Below, one piece after another: positions 50,677 to 61,039 of a DNA stretch of 64,000 bases. This DNA is from Candidatus Scatovivens sp. (GTDB lineage: Bacteria; Bacillota; Clostridia; TANB77; CAG-508): assembly GCA_045646345.1 (NCBI GenBank), contig JAZRKN010000009.1:25355-89354 (forward strand), given 5' to 3'. The notes beneath the pieces were generated by a model. It was given only the letters and a program-made list of their open reading frames with translations. It was not told the origin of the DNA and ran no database searches. The number at the start of each line of letters is the position of its first letter. Within the stretch, counting starts at the first letter, position 1. The translations under genes and the position numbers were made by a program.

Positions 50677-53481
50677 ATGAGTAAAGATAAAAACGAAACA
50701 AAAAAAGTAAAAACAACAGCTAGAAAAAAACAAGTAAAAAGTAAAACAACTGACTCAAAATCAAAAAAATCAAAATTCAAAGATAAACATCCGAAAGCAG
50801 CAAAAGCAATTAAAATTTCAATAATTGCTATAATATTAATTGGTATTATAGGAGCGGGAGTTTTAGTAGGAGCTTTTGTGGGAATTTTTGGTGATGAATT
50901 AAAAATAGATGAATCAATGCTTAAAGTAGGGTCTGAAAATTCAACTGTATATGATGCAGATGGGAATTTAATTGCTACTTTAAGTGGAGGTACAAAAAGA
51001 AAAAGTATACCTCTTTCAGAAATGAATGAGTATTTGCCAAAAGCATATGTTGCAATAGAAGACGAAAGATTCTATGAACATAGCGGTGTTGATATTGGAA
51101 GAACTGTATATGCTACTGCTACTTATGTTTTAAATGGAGGTAACTCTAAATTTGGTGGTAGTACAATAACACAACAAGTAATAAAAAATATAACACAAGA
51201 TAAAGAAAGATCATCTTTAGCTGGAGTTGTGAGAAAAGTAAAAGAAATATCTAAAGCTATTCAAGTAGAACACTATTTATCAAAAGATCAAATATTAGAA
51301 TTATATTTGAATTTAATATTTGTTGGTGGAGACGATATTAATGGTGTTGAACTTGGTTCTATATATTATTTTAATAAATCAGCAAAAGATTTAACTATTG
51401 AAGAATGTGCTTACTTGGCTGGTATAAATCACTCTCCAAATGCTTATAAACCATTTTCGGATTTTTCTAACAAAGAAGATCCAGCTAAAGCAAAAGAAGA
51501 GATGAACGAAAAAATTAAATTTAGAACAAAAACAGTTTTAGCAAAAATGTTAGAAGTAGGTTACATTACAGAAGAACAACACAAAGCAGCTGTTAGTGAA
51601 GTTGATAAAGGTTTAAAATTCGAAAAAGGTGAGAGCGCAGATGCAACTGTAGATGTTTCTTATTTAGCAGGTGCGGCAATAGAACAACTTTTAGATAGAA
51701 TTGTAGCCGAAGGTAATGAAGATATGGATAGAGATGCTGCTGAAATGATTTTATACAGCAGTGGATTAAAAATATATACAACACAAAAAACTGATATTCA
51801 AAATGTATTAGAAGAAGAAATTGTTAAAGATAAATATATAACAACTTCAAAATATAAAGAAGTTGTTAGGGATGAAAACGGAGAAATAGTAAAAGACGAA
51901 AAAGGAAATCCTAAAAAAGAAGATGTTATCCAATATTCTACTCCAACTATGGTAATTATGAATCATGAAACTGGAGAAGTTGTAGCAGCAGCTACAGCAA
52001 CTGGAGATAAAACAACAAGAACTGCAAAAACAAAATTAGGATTTTTCAATTACCCAATAGATGTAAAAAAACAAACAGGTTCTTCAATGAAACCTCTTTC
52101 AGTAATAGTACCAGGATTATCAACAGGAACAATTACTGGAGCGACAGTTTATATTGATCAACCAACAACTTGGGGAAACGGACCAAAACCATATAGTCCA
52201 AAAAACTATGATGGATTTGAAAAAAGATTTTTTGTAAATATGCGTCAAGCCATTGAAGTATCAGCGAATGTTCCGCATGTTAAAGCTTTATCAAATATTG
52301 GAACAGAAGCGGCGGTTGATTTCTGCGAAAGTATAGGAATGCCTAGATTTGAAGCTGAAGGTTTAAGTTTAGCTTTAGGTGGACTTCAAGATGGTGTATC
52401 ACCAACACAAATGACTGCAGGATATGCGTCTATAGCAAGTGGTGGTATGTATAGAACACCAATTTTCTATACAAAAGTAACTGATAGCAAAGGTAATATT
52501 TTATATGAACCTGAAAAAACAGAAAATAGAGTTATGACAGAGCAAGTTGCATATATAACAAAAGATATCTTAAAACAACCAGTTATAAGTGGAACTGCAA
52601 CTTATTGTAAGATAGCAGGAATGGATGTATCAGCAAAAACAGGTACAACAAATGACGATAATGATAGATGGCTTTGTGGATTTACACCATATTATACAGC
52701 AGCAGTTTGGTATGGATATCCTGTTGCAAAAACAGTTCGTTATTCAGGAACAAACCCAGCAGGACAAATATGGGATAATGTTATGACTGCAATTCATAAA
52801 GAATTAGAAAATAAAACATTTGAACAACCTGAAGGAATTATAAAGAAAACAGTATGTAGAATTTCGGGAAAATTAGCAACACCAGCTTGTGGAGCTAATG
52901 TATATGCTGAATTATTTACAGAGGAATTAGCACCAAAAACAGCTTGCGAAGGGCATGGTCAAATTAGAGTATGTAATGATTCTAAACAAATGGCAACAAG
53001 TCAATGCCCAAGTGTTTTAGATGCAATGGGATATATTCCAGAAAAAGAAAGAGGAGCGGTTTGGAAAACAGAAAATGCAGTAACATCAGATATTACTGGA
53101 ACATGTCCATTACATCCAGAACCAGCAGCACCTGTCGCACCACCTCCAACAACTAATACAACTACAGATAAAGATAAAGACAAAGATAAAAACCAAAATC
53201 AAGGAACAGATCCAAAACCAGGTGAAGGAACAACTCCAAAACCAGGTGAAGGAACAGATCCAAAACCAGGAGAAGGAACGACTCCAAAACCAGGTGAGGG
53301 AACAGAACCAAAACCAGGTGAAGGAACAACTCCAAAACCAGGAGAGGGAACAACTCCAAATCCGGGAGAAGGAACAACTCCAAATCCTGGAACTGGAAGC
53401 GGTGGAGGAACTACTCCTGCACCAGGTACTGGTTCAGGAGAAAATCCTGGAACAACGGACCCACAAGCAACTGCAAGTTAA
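50677..53481 (+). CDS. Class A penicillin-binding protein (PBP1A family)
   Basis: Transglycosylase EDERFYEHSGVD, GGSTITQQ, RKVKE; transpeptidase SSMK, SAN, KTGT. Confidence 0.95.
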   Translation: MSKDKNETKKVKTTARKKQVKSKTTDSKSKKSKFKDKHPKAAKAIKISIIAIILIGIIGAGVLVGAFVGIFGDELKIDESMLKVGSENSTVYDADGNLIATLSGGTKRKSIPLSEMNEYLPKAYVAIEDERFYEHSGVDIGRTVYATATYVLNGGNSKFGGSTITQQVIKNITQDKERSSLAGVVRKVKEISKAIQVEHYLSKDQILELYLNLIFVGGDDINGVELGSIYYFNKSAKDLTIEECAYLAGINHSPNAYKPFSDFSNKEDPAKAKEEMNEKIKFRTKTVLAKMLEVGYITEEQHKAAVSEVDKGLKFEKGESADATVDVSYLAGAAIEQLLDRIVAEGNEDMDRDAAEMILYSSGLKIYTTQKTDIQNVLEEEIVKDKYITTSKYKEVVRDENGEIVKDEKGNPKKEDVIQYSTPTMVIMNHETGEVVAAATATGDKTTRTAKTKLGFFNYPIDVKKQTGSSMKPLSVIVPGLSTGTITGATVYIDQPTTWGNGPKPYSPKNYDGFEKRFFVNMRQAIEVSANVPHVKALSNIGTEAAVDFCESIGMPRFEAEGLSLALGGLQDGVSPTQMTAGYASIASGGMYRTPIFYTKVTDSKGNILYEPEKTENRVMTEQVAYITKDILKQPVISGTATYCKIAGMDVSAKTGTTNDDNDRWLCGFTPYYTAAVWYGYPVAKTVRYSGTNPAGQIWDNVMTAIHKELENKTFEQPEGIIKKTVCRISGKLATPACGANVYAELFTEELAPKTACEGHGQIRVCNDSKQMATSQCPSVLDAMGYIPEKERGAVWKTENAVTSDITGTCPLHPEPAAPVAPPPTTNTTTDKDKDKDKNQNQGTDPKPGEGTTPKPGEGTDPKPGEGTTPKPGEGTEPKPGEGTTPKPGEGTTPNPGEGTTPNPGTGSGGGTTPAPGTGSGENPGTTDPQATAS
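53203..53394 (+). repeat. Eight 24-bp tandem repeats encoding GT(D/T/E)P(K/N)PG(E/T)
   Basis: ggaacagatccaaaaccaggtgaa-type units, counted from the translation. Confidence 0.92.
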
Positions 53482-53576
53482 TAATTCTTTTTAAGAATTG
53501 AAAATGGTAGTTAAATAAAAATAGAGCGGATTCAAAAATCCGCTCAAGTATTATTATAAAAGTAAAGGAGAAAAAC

Positions 53577-54962
53577 ATGAGTATGAAGATTTTTAATACA
53601 CTTACGAGAAAAAAAGAAGAGTTTAAACCACTAAATGAAAAAGAGATAAGAATGTATTCATGTGGTCCTACTGTTTACTATTTTGCTCATATAGGAAATT
53701 TAAGAGCATACTTATTTATGGATAATTTAAGAAGAGTTTTAAAATATAATGGTTATAATTTAAAACATGTTATGAATATCACTGACGTTGGGCATTTAGT
53801 ATCTGATGCTGACGAAGGTGAAGATAAAATGATGAAAGCAGCTAAAAGAGAAAATAAAAATCCGTTTGAAATAGCAGAATTTTATATGAATGCTTTTTTA
53901 GCAGATATTGATAAATTAAATGTAGACAGACCAGAGATTATTGCTAGAGCGACAGAACATATTGATGTTATGGAAGAATATGTTAAAAAGATAATTGAAA
54001 ATGGATTTTCTTATCAAACAGAAGATACAGTATATTTTGATACATCAAAATTAGATAAATATGGTGTATTATCTAATAGAAATGTTGATGAACAAAAAGC
54101 TGGTGCAAGAGTTGAATTTGACCAAAATAAAAAGAATATTTCAGATTTTGCGATTTGGATAAAAGCACCTGAAAACCATATAATGAAATGGGATTCATTC
54201 TTTGGAAAATCTTATCCAGGATGGCACTTAGAATGCTCTGCAATGGGATATAAATATTTAGGTGAACAATTTGATATTCACACAGGTGGAGTTGATCATA
54301 TTCCAATTCACCATGAAAATGAAATTGCTCAAAGTAAAGGTTTTTCAGGAAAACTTCCAGCAAATTATTGGATGCATGTAGAATTTTTACAAATTAATGG
54401 TGGAAAAATGTCAAAAAGTTTAAATAATCTTTATACTTTAAAAGATTTAGAAGAAAAAGGATATGAACCATTAGTTTATAGAATGTTCAATTATACATCA
54501 AACTATAGAGCTCAAATTAACTTCACATTTGAAGCTATGGATGCAGCAAAAGTTGCATTAAATAGATTAAGAGAAGGATATTTAAAACATTTAGAAGGAA
54601 ATGAAGATGTTTCAGATGAATTAATTAAAGATTATGAAGAAAAATTCTTAGATGCGATTAATGATGATTTAAATATGCCTGTTGCAATGAGTGTTGTGTG
54701 GGATGTAGTAAAAAATCCAAATAAATCTAAAAAATTACAAAATTTATTGTTAAAATTTGATGAAGTATTAGGATTAGATTTAAAAAATTATAAAAAACAA
54801 GAGAATGTTTTACCAGAAGAAATTACTGATTTAGTTAATCAAAGAAATGAAGCAAGAGCTAATAAGAATTGGGCTGAGTCAGATAGATTAAGAGATCTTT
54901 TAATTGAAAAAGGATATATAGTAAAAGATAGTAAAGAAGGAACAATTGTAGAAAAACAATAG
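53577..54962 (+). CDS. cysS: Cysteine--tRNA ligase
   Basis: CGPTVY..AHIGN, PGWHLECSAM, HHENEIAQ, KMSKS. Confidence 0.97.
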   Translation: MSMKIFNTLTRKKEEFKPLNEKEIRMYSCGPTVYYFAHIGNLRAYLFMDNLRRVLKYNGYNLKHVMNITDVGHLVSDADEGEDKMMKAAKRENKNPFEIAEFYMNAFLADIDKLNVDRPEIIARATEHIDVMEEYVKKIIENGFSYQTEDTVYFDTSKLDKYGVLSNRNVDEQKAGARVEFDQNKKNISDFAIWIKAPENHIMKWDSFFGKSYPGWHLECSAMGYKYLGEQFDIHTGGVDHIPIHHENEIAQSKGFSGKLPANYWMHVEFLQINGGKMSKSLNNLYTLKDLEEKGYEPLVYRMFNYTSNYRAQINFTFEAMDAAKVALNRLREGYLKHLEGNEDVSDELIKDYEEKFLDAINDDLNMPVAMSVVWDVVKNPNKSKKLQNLLLKFDEVLGLDLKNYKKQENVLPEEITDLVNQRNEARANKNWAESDRLRDLLIEKGYIVKDSKEGTIVEKQ

Positions 54963-54989
54963 ATAAAATTATTTTGGAGGATTAAAGTT

Positions 54990-56048
54990 TTGAGACTATT
55001 AGAAGAAAAAGATAAACAAGAATATAAGAAATTTTTGGAATCTCATGATAGATGTAATTTCCAACAATCTCTTGAATGGGGTGAAGTAAAAACTAGTTGG
55101 AAAAAAGAAGTTATTTTATCAGAAGATAAAGATGGAAATATAAGAGGAAGTCTTTGTGTATGGATTAGAAAAATTCCTATATTTGGAAACATTATGTACT
55201 CTGCAAGAGGACCTGTATGTGATCTTTATAATGAAGAAATAATTAAAGATTTAAGAGATGGAGCAGATGCTTTAGCAAAAAAATATAAAGCTTTTGTTTT
55301 AAGAGTTGAACCTGATATTTTAAAATCAGATGAAGAGTTTAGAAAAATTATTACAAAACACGGTTTTAAAATAAAAGATGATAGTAAGGATTTTAAAGAT
55401 GAAATTCAACCAAGATTCGTGTTTAGATTAAACTTAAAAGGAAAAACAGAAGAGCAAATTTTTGCAGAACTACATCCAAAAACAAGATACAATGTTCGTT
55501 TAGCAACTAAAAAAGGAGTTGTTATAAAAGAAGGAACAAGAGAAGATTTAAAAGATTTTCATAAAATAATGATCGAAACTGGTGAAAGAGATAATTTTAT
55601 TATTAGATCATTAGAATATTTTGAAAAAATGTATGATGAAATGGCTCCAAATCATATGAAACTTTTAATGGCATATCATGAAGATAAACCTATTTCTGGA
55701 ATTATTCCAATCATGTATGGAAATAAAGTTTGGTACTTGTATGGAGCAAGTAGTAATAGTCACAGAAATTTAATGCCAAACTATTTATTACAATGGACAA
55801 TGATTCAAGAAGCTATAAAAAAAGGTGCAGATATGTATGACTTTAGAGGGGTTTCTGGAGTTGTTGATGAATCTCATCCTCAATATGGTCTTTATAGATT
55901 CAAAAAAGGATTTAACGCTGAATTTACGGAATTTATTGGAGAGATATATGTTCCTTATAAGCCATTAGTTTATAAAATGTATAAATTCTCAGAAAAAGCT
56001 TTTAGAACATTAAGAACATTAAAGAAAAAATTAACTACTAAAAAATAA
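54990..56048 (+). CDS. FemABX/MurM family tRNA-dependent peptidoglycan aminoacyltransferase
   Basis: FQQSLEWG.VK, RGPV, KTRYNVRLA.KKGV, YLYGAS, YDFRG, GLYRFKKGF. Confidence 0.92.
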   Translation: MRLLEEKDKQEYKKFLESHDRCNFQQSLEWGEVKTSWKKEVILSEDKDGNIRGSLCVWIRKIPIFGNIMYSARGPVCDLYNEEIIKDLRDGADALAKKYKAFVLRVEPDILKSDEEFRKIITKHGFKIKDDSKDFKDEIQPRFVFRLNLKGKTEEQIFAELHPKTRYNVRLATKKGVVIKEGTREDLKDFHKIMIETGERDNFIIRSLEYFEKMYDEMAPNHMKLLMAYHEDKPISGIIPIMYGNKVWYLYGASSNSHRNLMPNYLLQWTMIQEAIKKGADMYDFRGVSGVVDESHPQYGLYRFKKGFNAEFTEFIGEIYVPYKPLVYKMYKFSEKAFRTLRTLKKKLTTKK

Positions 56049-56091
56049 GAATAAAAATAATAAATGTAATAATTTATGGAAAAGGTATTTT

Positions 56092-57192
56092 ATGAAAGTA
56101 GTAGAAATAGATAAAAATAATTTTAAAAATAATATTGAAGTAATTAAGAAAATAACTCAAGAAAGTCCAAATACAAAAATTTATGCGGTTGTTAAAGGGA
56201 ATGGTGGAGGACTTGATATAGTTAAGTATTCTAAATTTTTAATAGAAAATGGTATAACATCTTTGGCTGTTGCAACATATGAAGAATGTTTAAAATTAAG
56301 AAATGCAGAAATAAAAGAAGAGATATTAATGCTTTCTCCAGTTTCTATTGAAGAAGAAATGAGACAACTTGTAGAAAAAGATATAATTCTTACAATTGGA
56401 GATTATGAAGAACTTGAATTATTGAAAAAAGTATCAAAAGATTTAAATGTCGAAAAATGTAAAGCTCATTTAAAAATTGATACAGGATTTGGAAGATATG
56501 GAATTTTATATTCTAATATTGAAGAAATTATAAAAGTTTTAGAAAATGCTGAGAATATAGAAATTGAAGGAATGTTCTCTCATTTTAGTAAAGCAATAGA
56601 TGAAAAAATGACTAAAGTTCAATTTGAAAGATTTATAAACGTTGTAAAAGCGGTCGAAGAGAAAAATTTAAGACCTAAAATTTTACACATATCATCATCA
56701 ACTGCATTTTTGAAATATCCAGAAATGAGATTAGATGCAGTTAGAATAGGTTCACTATTCCAAGGTAGATCACTTGTAAAAAATATTGGATTAACACCAG
56801 TAGGAGTTTTAAAATCTAGAATTACTGAAATAAAAACTGTTCCAAAAGGATATACTATTAGCTATGGAAATACTTATATAACAAAACGAGAAACAAAATT
56901 AGCTACTATTCCAATCGGACATATGGATGGTTTAAATAAATTACCAGTTAGAGAAGATTTTTCTTTAAGAAATAATATAATTGCTATATTGATGGAAATA
57001 AAAAAATTATTTAAAGATAATAGTTTTAAAGTAAAAATAAATAACAAGGAATATAAAATACTTGGTAGAATTGGGTTATGTCATGTTACAGTTGATATAA
57101 CAGGTAGTGATGACATAAAAACAGGAGACGAAGTAATTCTAAATGTACATCCAATGAATGTTAATGAAGAAATTAGAAGGGAGTATGTATAG
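56092..57192 (+). CDS. alr: Alanine racemase-like PLP enzyme (divergent)
   Basis: AVVK, HLKIDTGFGRYG, SHF, VRIG, ISYG; several canonical motifs are altered. Confidence 0.7.
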   Translation: MKVVEIDKNNFKNNIEVIKKITQESPNTKIYAVVKGNGGGLDIVKYSKFLIENGITSLAVATYEECLKLRNAEIKEEILMLSPVSIEEEMRQLVEKDIILTIGDYEELELLKKVSKDLNVEKCKAHLKIDTGFGRYGILYSNIEEIIKVLENAENIEIEGMFSHFSKAIDEKMTKVQFERFINVVKAVEEKNLRPKILHISSSTAFLKYPEMRLDAVRIGSLFQGRSLVKNIGLTPVGVLKSRITEIKTVPKGYTISYGNTYITKRETKLATIPIGHMDGLNKLPVREDFSLRNNIIAILMEIKKLFKDNSFKVKINNKEYKILGRIGLCHVTVDITGSDDIKTGDEVILNVHPMNVNEEIRREYV

Positions 57193-58256
57193 TGGAAGCA
57201 AAAGATGAAAAACGAATTAATTTTTTTCAAAGAATAAAAAAATCAATATTTGAATTAGAGGACTATGGATTTTTCTTGGGAGAAAAACTATCAGTAGCAT
57301 TTAAATATTTATTTTTATTAACATTGTTAATATCTCTTCTAGTAACTGGTTCGATATCATTTATGATGTCAAAAATATTAAATAAAGGATTGAATTATTT
57401 AGAAAATGAATTTCCTGAATTTTCTTTCTCAAATGGAGTTTTAGATGTAACTAGATATGAAGAAGGTTATGATTCAGAGTTTGATTTTAAAATAATAGTA
57501 GATACAAAATCTGAAGTAAATGAAGAGAATATAAAAAAATATAAAAATAAATTATACCAAGCTTCAAATGGTGTGATTTTATTAAAAGATAAATTTATAG
57601 TTTCATTTCAAGGTTCAGAGCTTGAAAACTCTTATACAAGTATAATTACATCAAATAATGAGGTTGAAAATATAAGTTTAGAAGAACTAAGTATTACAAG
57701 TAAGCAAGATGTTATTGCAGAAATAAACAATTTGGGAATTACTAGAATTGTATTATCATATGCAGCACTTATTTTTGTGGCTTTAGTTTTTGCTAACTTA
57801 ATGTTTGTATTAAGTGATGTATTTGTTTTAACATTATTAGGATTAATATCTGCCAAAATATGTGGAGTTAATTTTAAAATGGATCCTATGATGACATTGT
57901 CTATTTATGCATTAACATTACCGTTATTGATTGATGCTATATTAGATATTGTGCTTCTTACAACAGGATTTAGTGTTCCATATTTTGAAGCAATTCGTAT
58001 GTTAATTGCATATATTTATGTTATTGCAGCAATTTTTATGATAAAGTATGATTTGATAAAACAAAGAGAAGAATTACAAAAAATAATTGAGGTGCAAAAG
58101 CAAGTAAAAGAAGAAATAAAAGAAGAAAAAACAGACGAATTAAAAGAAGATGCTGAAAAAGAAAATGAAGAAGACAATAAAGAAGATAAAAATGATACTA
58201 GTGAAGAAAATCCAGCAGAAAAAGAAAATCGTGAGCCAGATGGTTCAGAAATATAA
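57192..58256 (+). CDS. DUF1189-like membrane protein
   Basis: AFKYLFLL TM, PEFSFSNGVL, several C-terminal TMs with SIYALTLP, acidic tail. Confidence 0.65.
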   Translation: MEAKDEKRINFFQRIKKSIFELEDYGFFLGEKLSVAFKYLFLLTLLISLLVTGSISFMMSKILNKGLNYLENEFPEFSFSNGVLDVTRYEEGYDSEFDFKIIVDTKSEVNEENIKKYKNKLYQASNGVILLKDKFIVSFQGSELENSYTSIITSNNEVENISLEELSITSKQDVIAEINNLGITRIVLSYAALIFVALVFANLMFVLSDVFVLTLLGLISAKICGVNFKMDPMMTLSIYALTLPLLIDAILDIVLLTTGFSVPYFEAIRMLIAYIYVIAAIFMIKYDLIKQREELQKIIEVQKQVKEEIKEEKTDELKEDAEKENEEDNKEDKNDTSEENPAEKENREPDGSEI

Positions 58257-58278
58257 TAAAAAGGAATGTGTATGATTT

Positions 58279-60123
58279 ATGAAAGATGACAAAAAGAAAC
58301 CAAGAAAAAGAAAACAAAAAGATAAGAAAAAAAGAGATTTTGAATCAACAAAAACAATATTGTTATTAATCTTATTAGCGATGAGTATTGGAATGCTTAT
58401 TTATACAATGTACTTTGTTAATAAAGAAAAAGAAGAAAAAGAAATTCCATATACAGAAGTAATTACTTCAATAAATGAAGATAAAGTAGAGAAAATAAAA
58501 ATGACTTCTGGAAGTGCAACAATAAATGTTGTGTTTAAAGGAGAAGGTGAAGAAGAAGATAGAGAAAAAATGGTTTTAGTACCAAGCTTACAAGCCTTTA
58601 TGGAAATGGTTCAAGAGAAAGTTGATAAAGAAGGAAAGAAAATTGAACTTATTCAAGAACCAGTTAATATGCTTATTAAAGTTTCAGATACTATATTCTC
58701 TCTACTACCAACAATTTTGTTAGTTGTATTAATGTTTATGATGATAAAAATGCAAGGTCTTGGTGGAGATAGTGGTAAAGTATATGGTGGAGAAGACGGA
58801 AGTAAATCACCAGATGTAAGATTCGATGATATTGCAGGATTGGATGAAGAAAAAGGTGAATTAATTGAAATAGTAGATTTCTTGAAAAAACCAAAGGCTT
58901 ACTTAGATATGGGAGCTAAAATTCCTAAAGGAATTCTATTATATGGAAAACCGGGAACTGGTAAAACTTTAATAGCTAGAGCTATAGCTGGAGAAGCTGG
59001 GGTACCATTTATTTCTATGAGTGGTTCTGAATTTATAGAAATGTTTGCTGGTCTTGGAGCATCAAGAGTTAGAAAATTGTTTGATAAAGCAAAGAAAATG
59101 GCACCGTGTATTATATTTATAGATGAAATTGATGCTATAGGTTCAAGAAGAACAAGTAATAGTGGTTCAGAAACAGAAAATAATCAAACATTAAATCAAT
59201 TATTAGTAGAAATGGATGGATTTGATACAACTGAAACTATAATTGTTTTGGCTGCTACAAATAGACCTGAGATGCTAGATAAAGCTTTATTAAGACCAGG
59301 AAGATTTGATAGACAAGTAACAATTCCAGCACCAGATTTAATTGGAAGAGAAGAAATACTAAAACTTCATAGTAAAAATAAAAAATTTGCTACAGATGTA
59401 GATTTTAAATCAATTGCTGGTGATACAGCAGGATTTACAGGAGCAGAACTTGCAAATGTTTTAAATGAAGCTGCTATTATTGCTACAAGATTAAAACATA
59501 AAGAAATATCAAATGAAGATATTGAAAATGCAGTTAAGAAAATTACTGTTGGATTAGAAAAAACAAATAGAGTAATATCAGACAAAGATAAGAAGTTAAC
59601 AGCATATCATGAAGCGGGACATGCTGTAGTAAGTAAATTTTTACCAACACAAACAGAAGTAAAAGAAGTTTCTATTATACCTAGAGGTTTAGCAGGTGGA
59701 TACACAATGTATAAAACTAATGAAGATAAATACTATGTATCAAGAACAGAACTTTTAGAAAAAATGGTTGCTTTAATGGGTGGTAGAGCTGCTGAAAAAA
59801 TAGCTTTAAATGAAATATCAACAGGAGCAAGTAATGATATAGAAGTTGCAACAGGAATAGCAAAAGATATGCTTACTATATATGGAATGGATGATTCATT
59901 AGGACCAATTTCATTAAAAGTAGATGATCCTTATGAATTACAAATCTTTGGTGATAAAGTAATTGATAAAGTAGGAAATCAAATTCAAGTGTTAATAGAT
60001 AATGCATATGAGACTGCTCAAAAAATTCTTTTAAATAATATGGAAATTTTAGATAAAGTTGCACTTACATTATTAGAAAAAGAAAAAATAACAAGCGAAG
60101 AATTTGAGGAATTCTTTAAATAA
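58279..60123 (+). CDS. ftsH: ATP-dependent zinc metalloprotease FtsH
   Basis: Two TMs, GKPGTGKT, FIDEIDA, RPGRFDR, HEAGH. Confidence 0.96.
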   Translation: MKDDKKKPRKRKQKDKKKRDFESTKTILLLILLAMSIGMLIYTMYFVNKEKEEKEIPYTEVITSINEDKVEKIKMTSGSATINVVFKGEGEEEDREKMVLVPSLQAFMEMVQEKVDKEGKKIELIQEPVNMLIKVSDTIFSLLPTILLVVLMFMMIKMQGLGGDSGKVYGGEDGSKSPDVRFDDIAGLDEEKGELIEIVDFLKKPKAYLDMGAKIPKGILLYGKPGTGKTLIARAIAGEAGVPFISMSGSEFIEMFAGLGASRVRKLFDKAKKMAPCIIFIDEIDAIGSRRTSNSGSETENNQTLNQLLVEMDGFDTTETIIVLAATNRPEMLDKALLRPGRFDRQVTIPAPDLIGREEILKLHSKNKKFATDVDFKSIAGDTAGFTGAELANVLNEAAIIATRLKHKEISNEDIENAVKKITVGLEKTNRVISDKDKKLTAYHEAGHAVVSKFLPTQTEVKEVSIIPRGLAGGYTMYKTNEDKYYVSRTELLEKMVALMGGRAAEKIALNEISTGASNDIEVATGIAKDMLTIYGMDDSLGPISLKVDDPYELQIFGDKVIDKVGNQIQVLIDNAYETAQKILLNNMEILDKVALTLLEKEKITSEEFEEFFK

Positions 60124-60127
60124 ATTT

Positions 60128-60161
60128 TAAGATGGAGAATATTAATCTCCATCTTATTTTT
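60128..60161 (+). terminator. Intrinsic terminator
   Basis: taagatggaga...tctccatcttattttt. Confidence 0.85.
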
Positions 60162-60235
60162 ATGTAATTAAAATATTATTTGATTTTTTTCATTCTTATA
60201 TATAAAATGTAGTAAATAAAAAAACAGAGGAAATT

Positions 60236-60985
60236 ATGAAAAAATATATAACAATTTTTATTTTAATATTAATAAGTATAATTGCAATAATTAGTAATTT
60301 TTTGGATAATGGATTAGATGGTAAGACTATAGCTTTTTTAGGTGATTCTTTGATAGAAGGACATGGGAATGATTCTAAAAGCTTTGAATACTATTTTTCT
60401 GAGTCTCTTCCAAATTCGAAAATTATAAATAATAGTAGAAGTGGTTGTACTATAACAGATAATACAGGAAATGATGATATTGTATTATTAAATCAAGTTA
60501 AGAATTTAAAAGGTAATCCAGATTTTATTGTATTTAATGGTGGTGCAAATGATATTATAAGTTATGGATTAGGATTCAATAATAATGATTTAAAGAAACC
60601 AATAGGTGTTGTTGACGAAAATCCTAACTCTGTTTCTGATCAAAATACAGTTATTGGGGATTTAGAAGAGGCAATAGTTGAACTTCAGAAAAGATTTCCT
60701 GAAGCCAAACTTTGTTACTTACAAATGTTTTTGATTGATGATGAAACGATTGATGTGATTACTTTTGATGGTTCAGTAAAACCAGAAATGAAAGAAAGAA
60801 GAGATGCTCTAGAAACACAAATAAAAATTTTGTGTAAGAAAAGAAATGTAAATTACATAGATGTTGCAGATAAGTTTATAGGTAAAGGAACAATATACAG
60901 ACAACAAGATGGAATACATTTAAAAGAAGAGGGATACCAATTAATATCTCATTATATATTAGAAAAATTAGGAGAAATTGTTTAA
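60236..60985 (+). CDS. Exported SGNH/GDSL hydrolase
   Basis: N-terminal TM, LGDSL, SG, GANDI, DGIH. Confidence 0.9.
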   Translation: MKKYITIFILILISIIAIISNFLDNGLDGKTIAFLGDSLIEGHGNDSKSFEYYFSESLPNSKIINNSRSGCTITDNTGNDDIVLLNQVKNLKGNPDFIVFNGGANDIISYGLGFNNNDLKKPIGVVDENPNSVSDQNTVIGDLEEAIVELQKRFPEAKLCYLQMFLIDDETIDVITFDGSVKPEMKERRDALETQIKILCKKRNVNYIDVADKFIGKGTIYRQQDGIHLKEEGYQLISHYILEKLGEIV

Positions 60986-61039
60986 AAAACAAAAATAAAA
61001 AAATAGTATATTAACTATTCTTTTTGAATAATTAATATA

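Noticed and set aside
53203-53394. Possible CRISPR-like array
   Set aside because: Contiguous in-frame 24-bp coding repeats without unique spacers; no cas genes.
53577-56048. cysS next to FemABX suggesting Cys-tRNA-dependent wall bridges
   Set aside because: Adjacency only; cysS looks like the ordinary housekeeping enzyme and nothing indicates the transferase's specificity.
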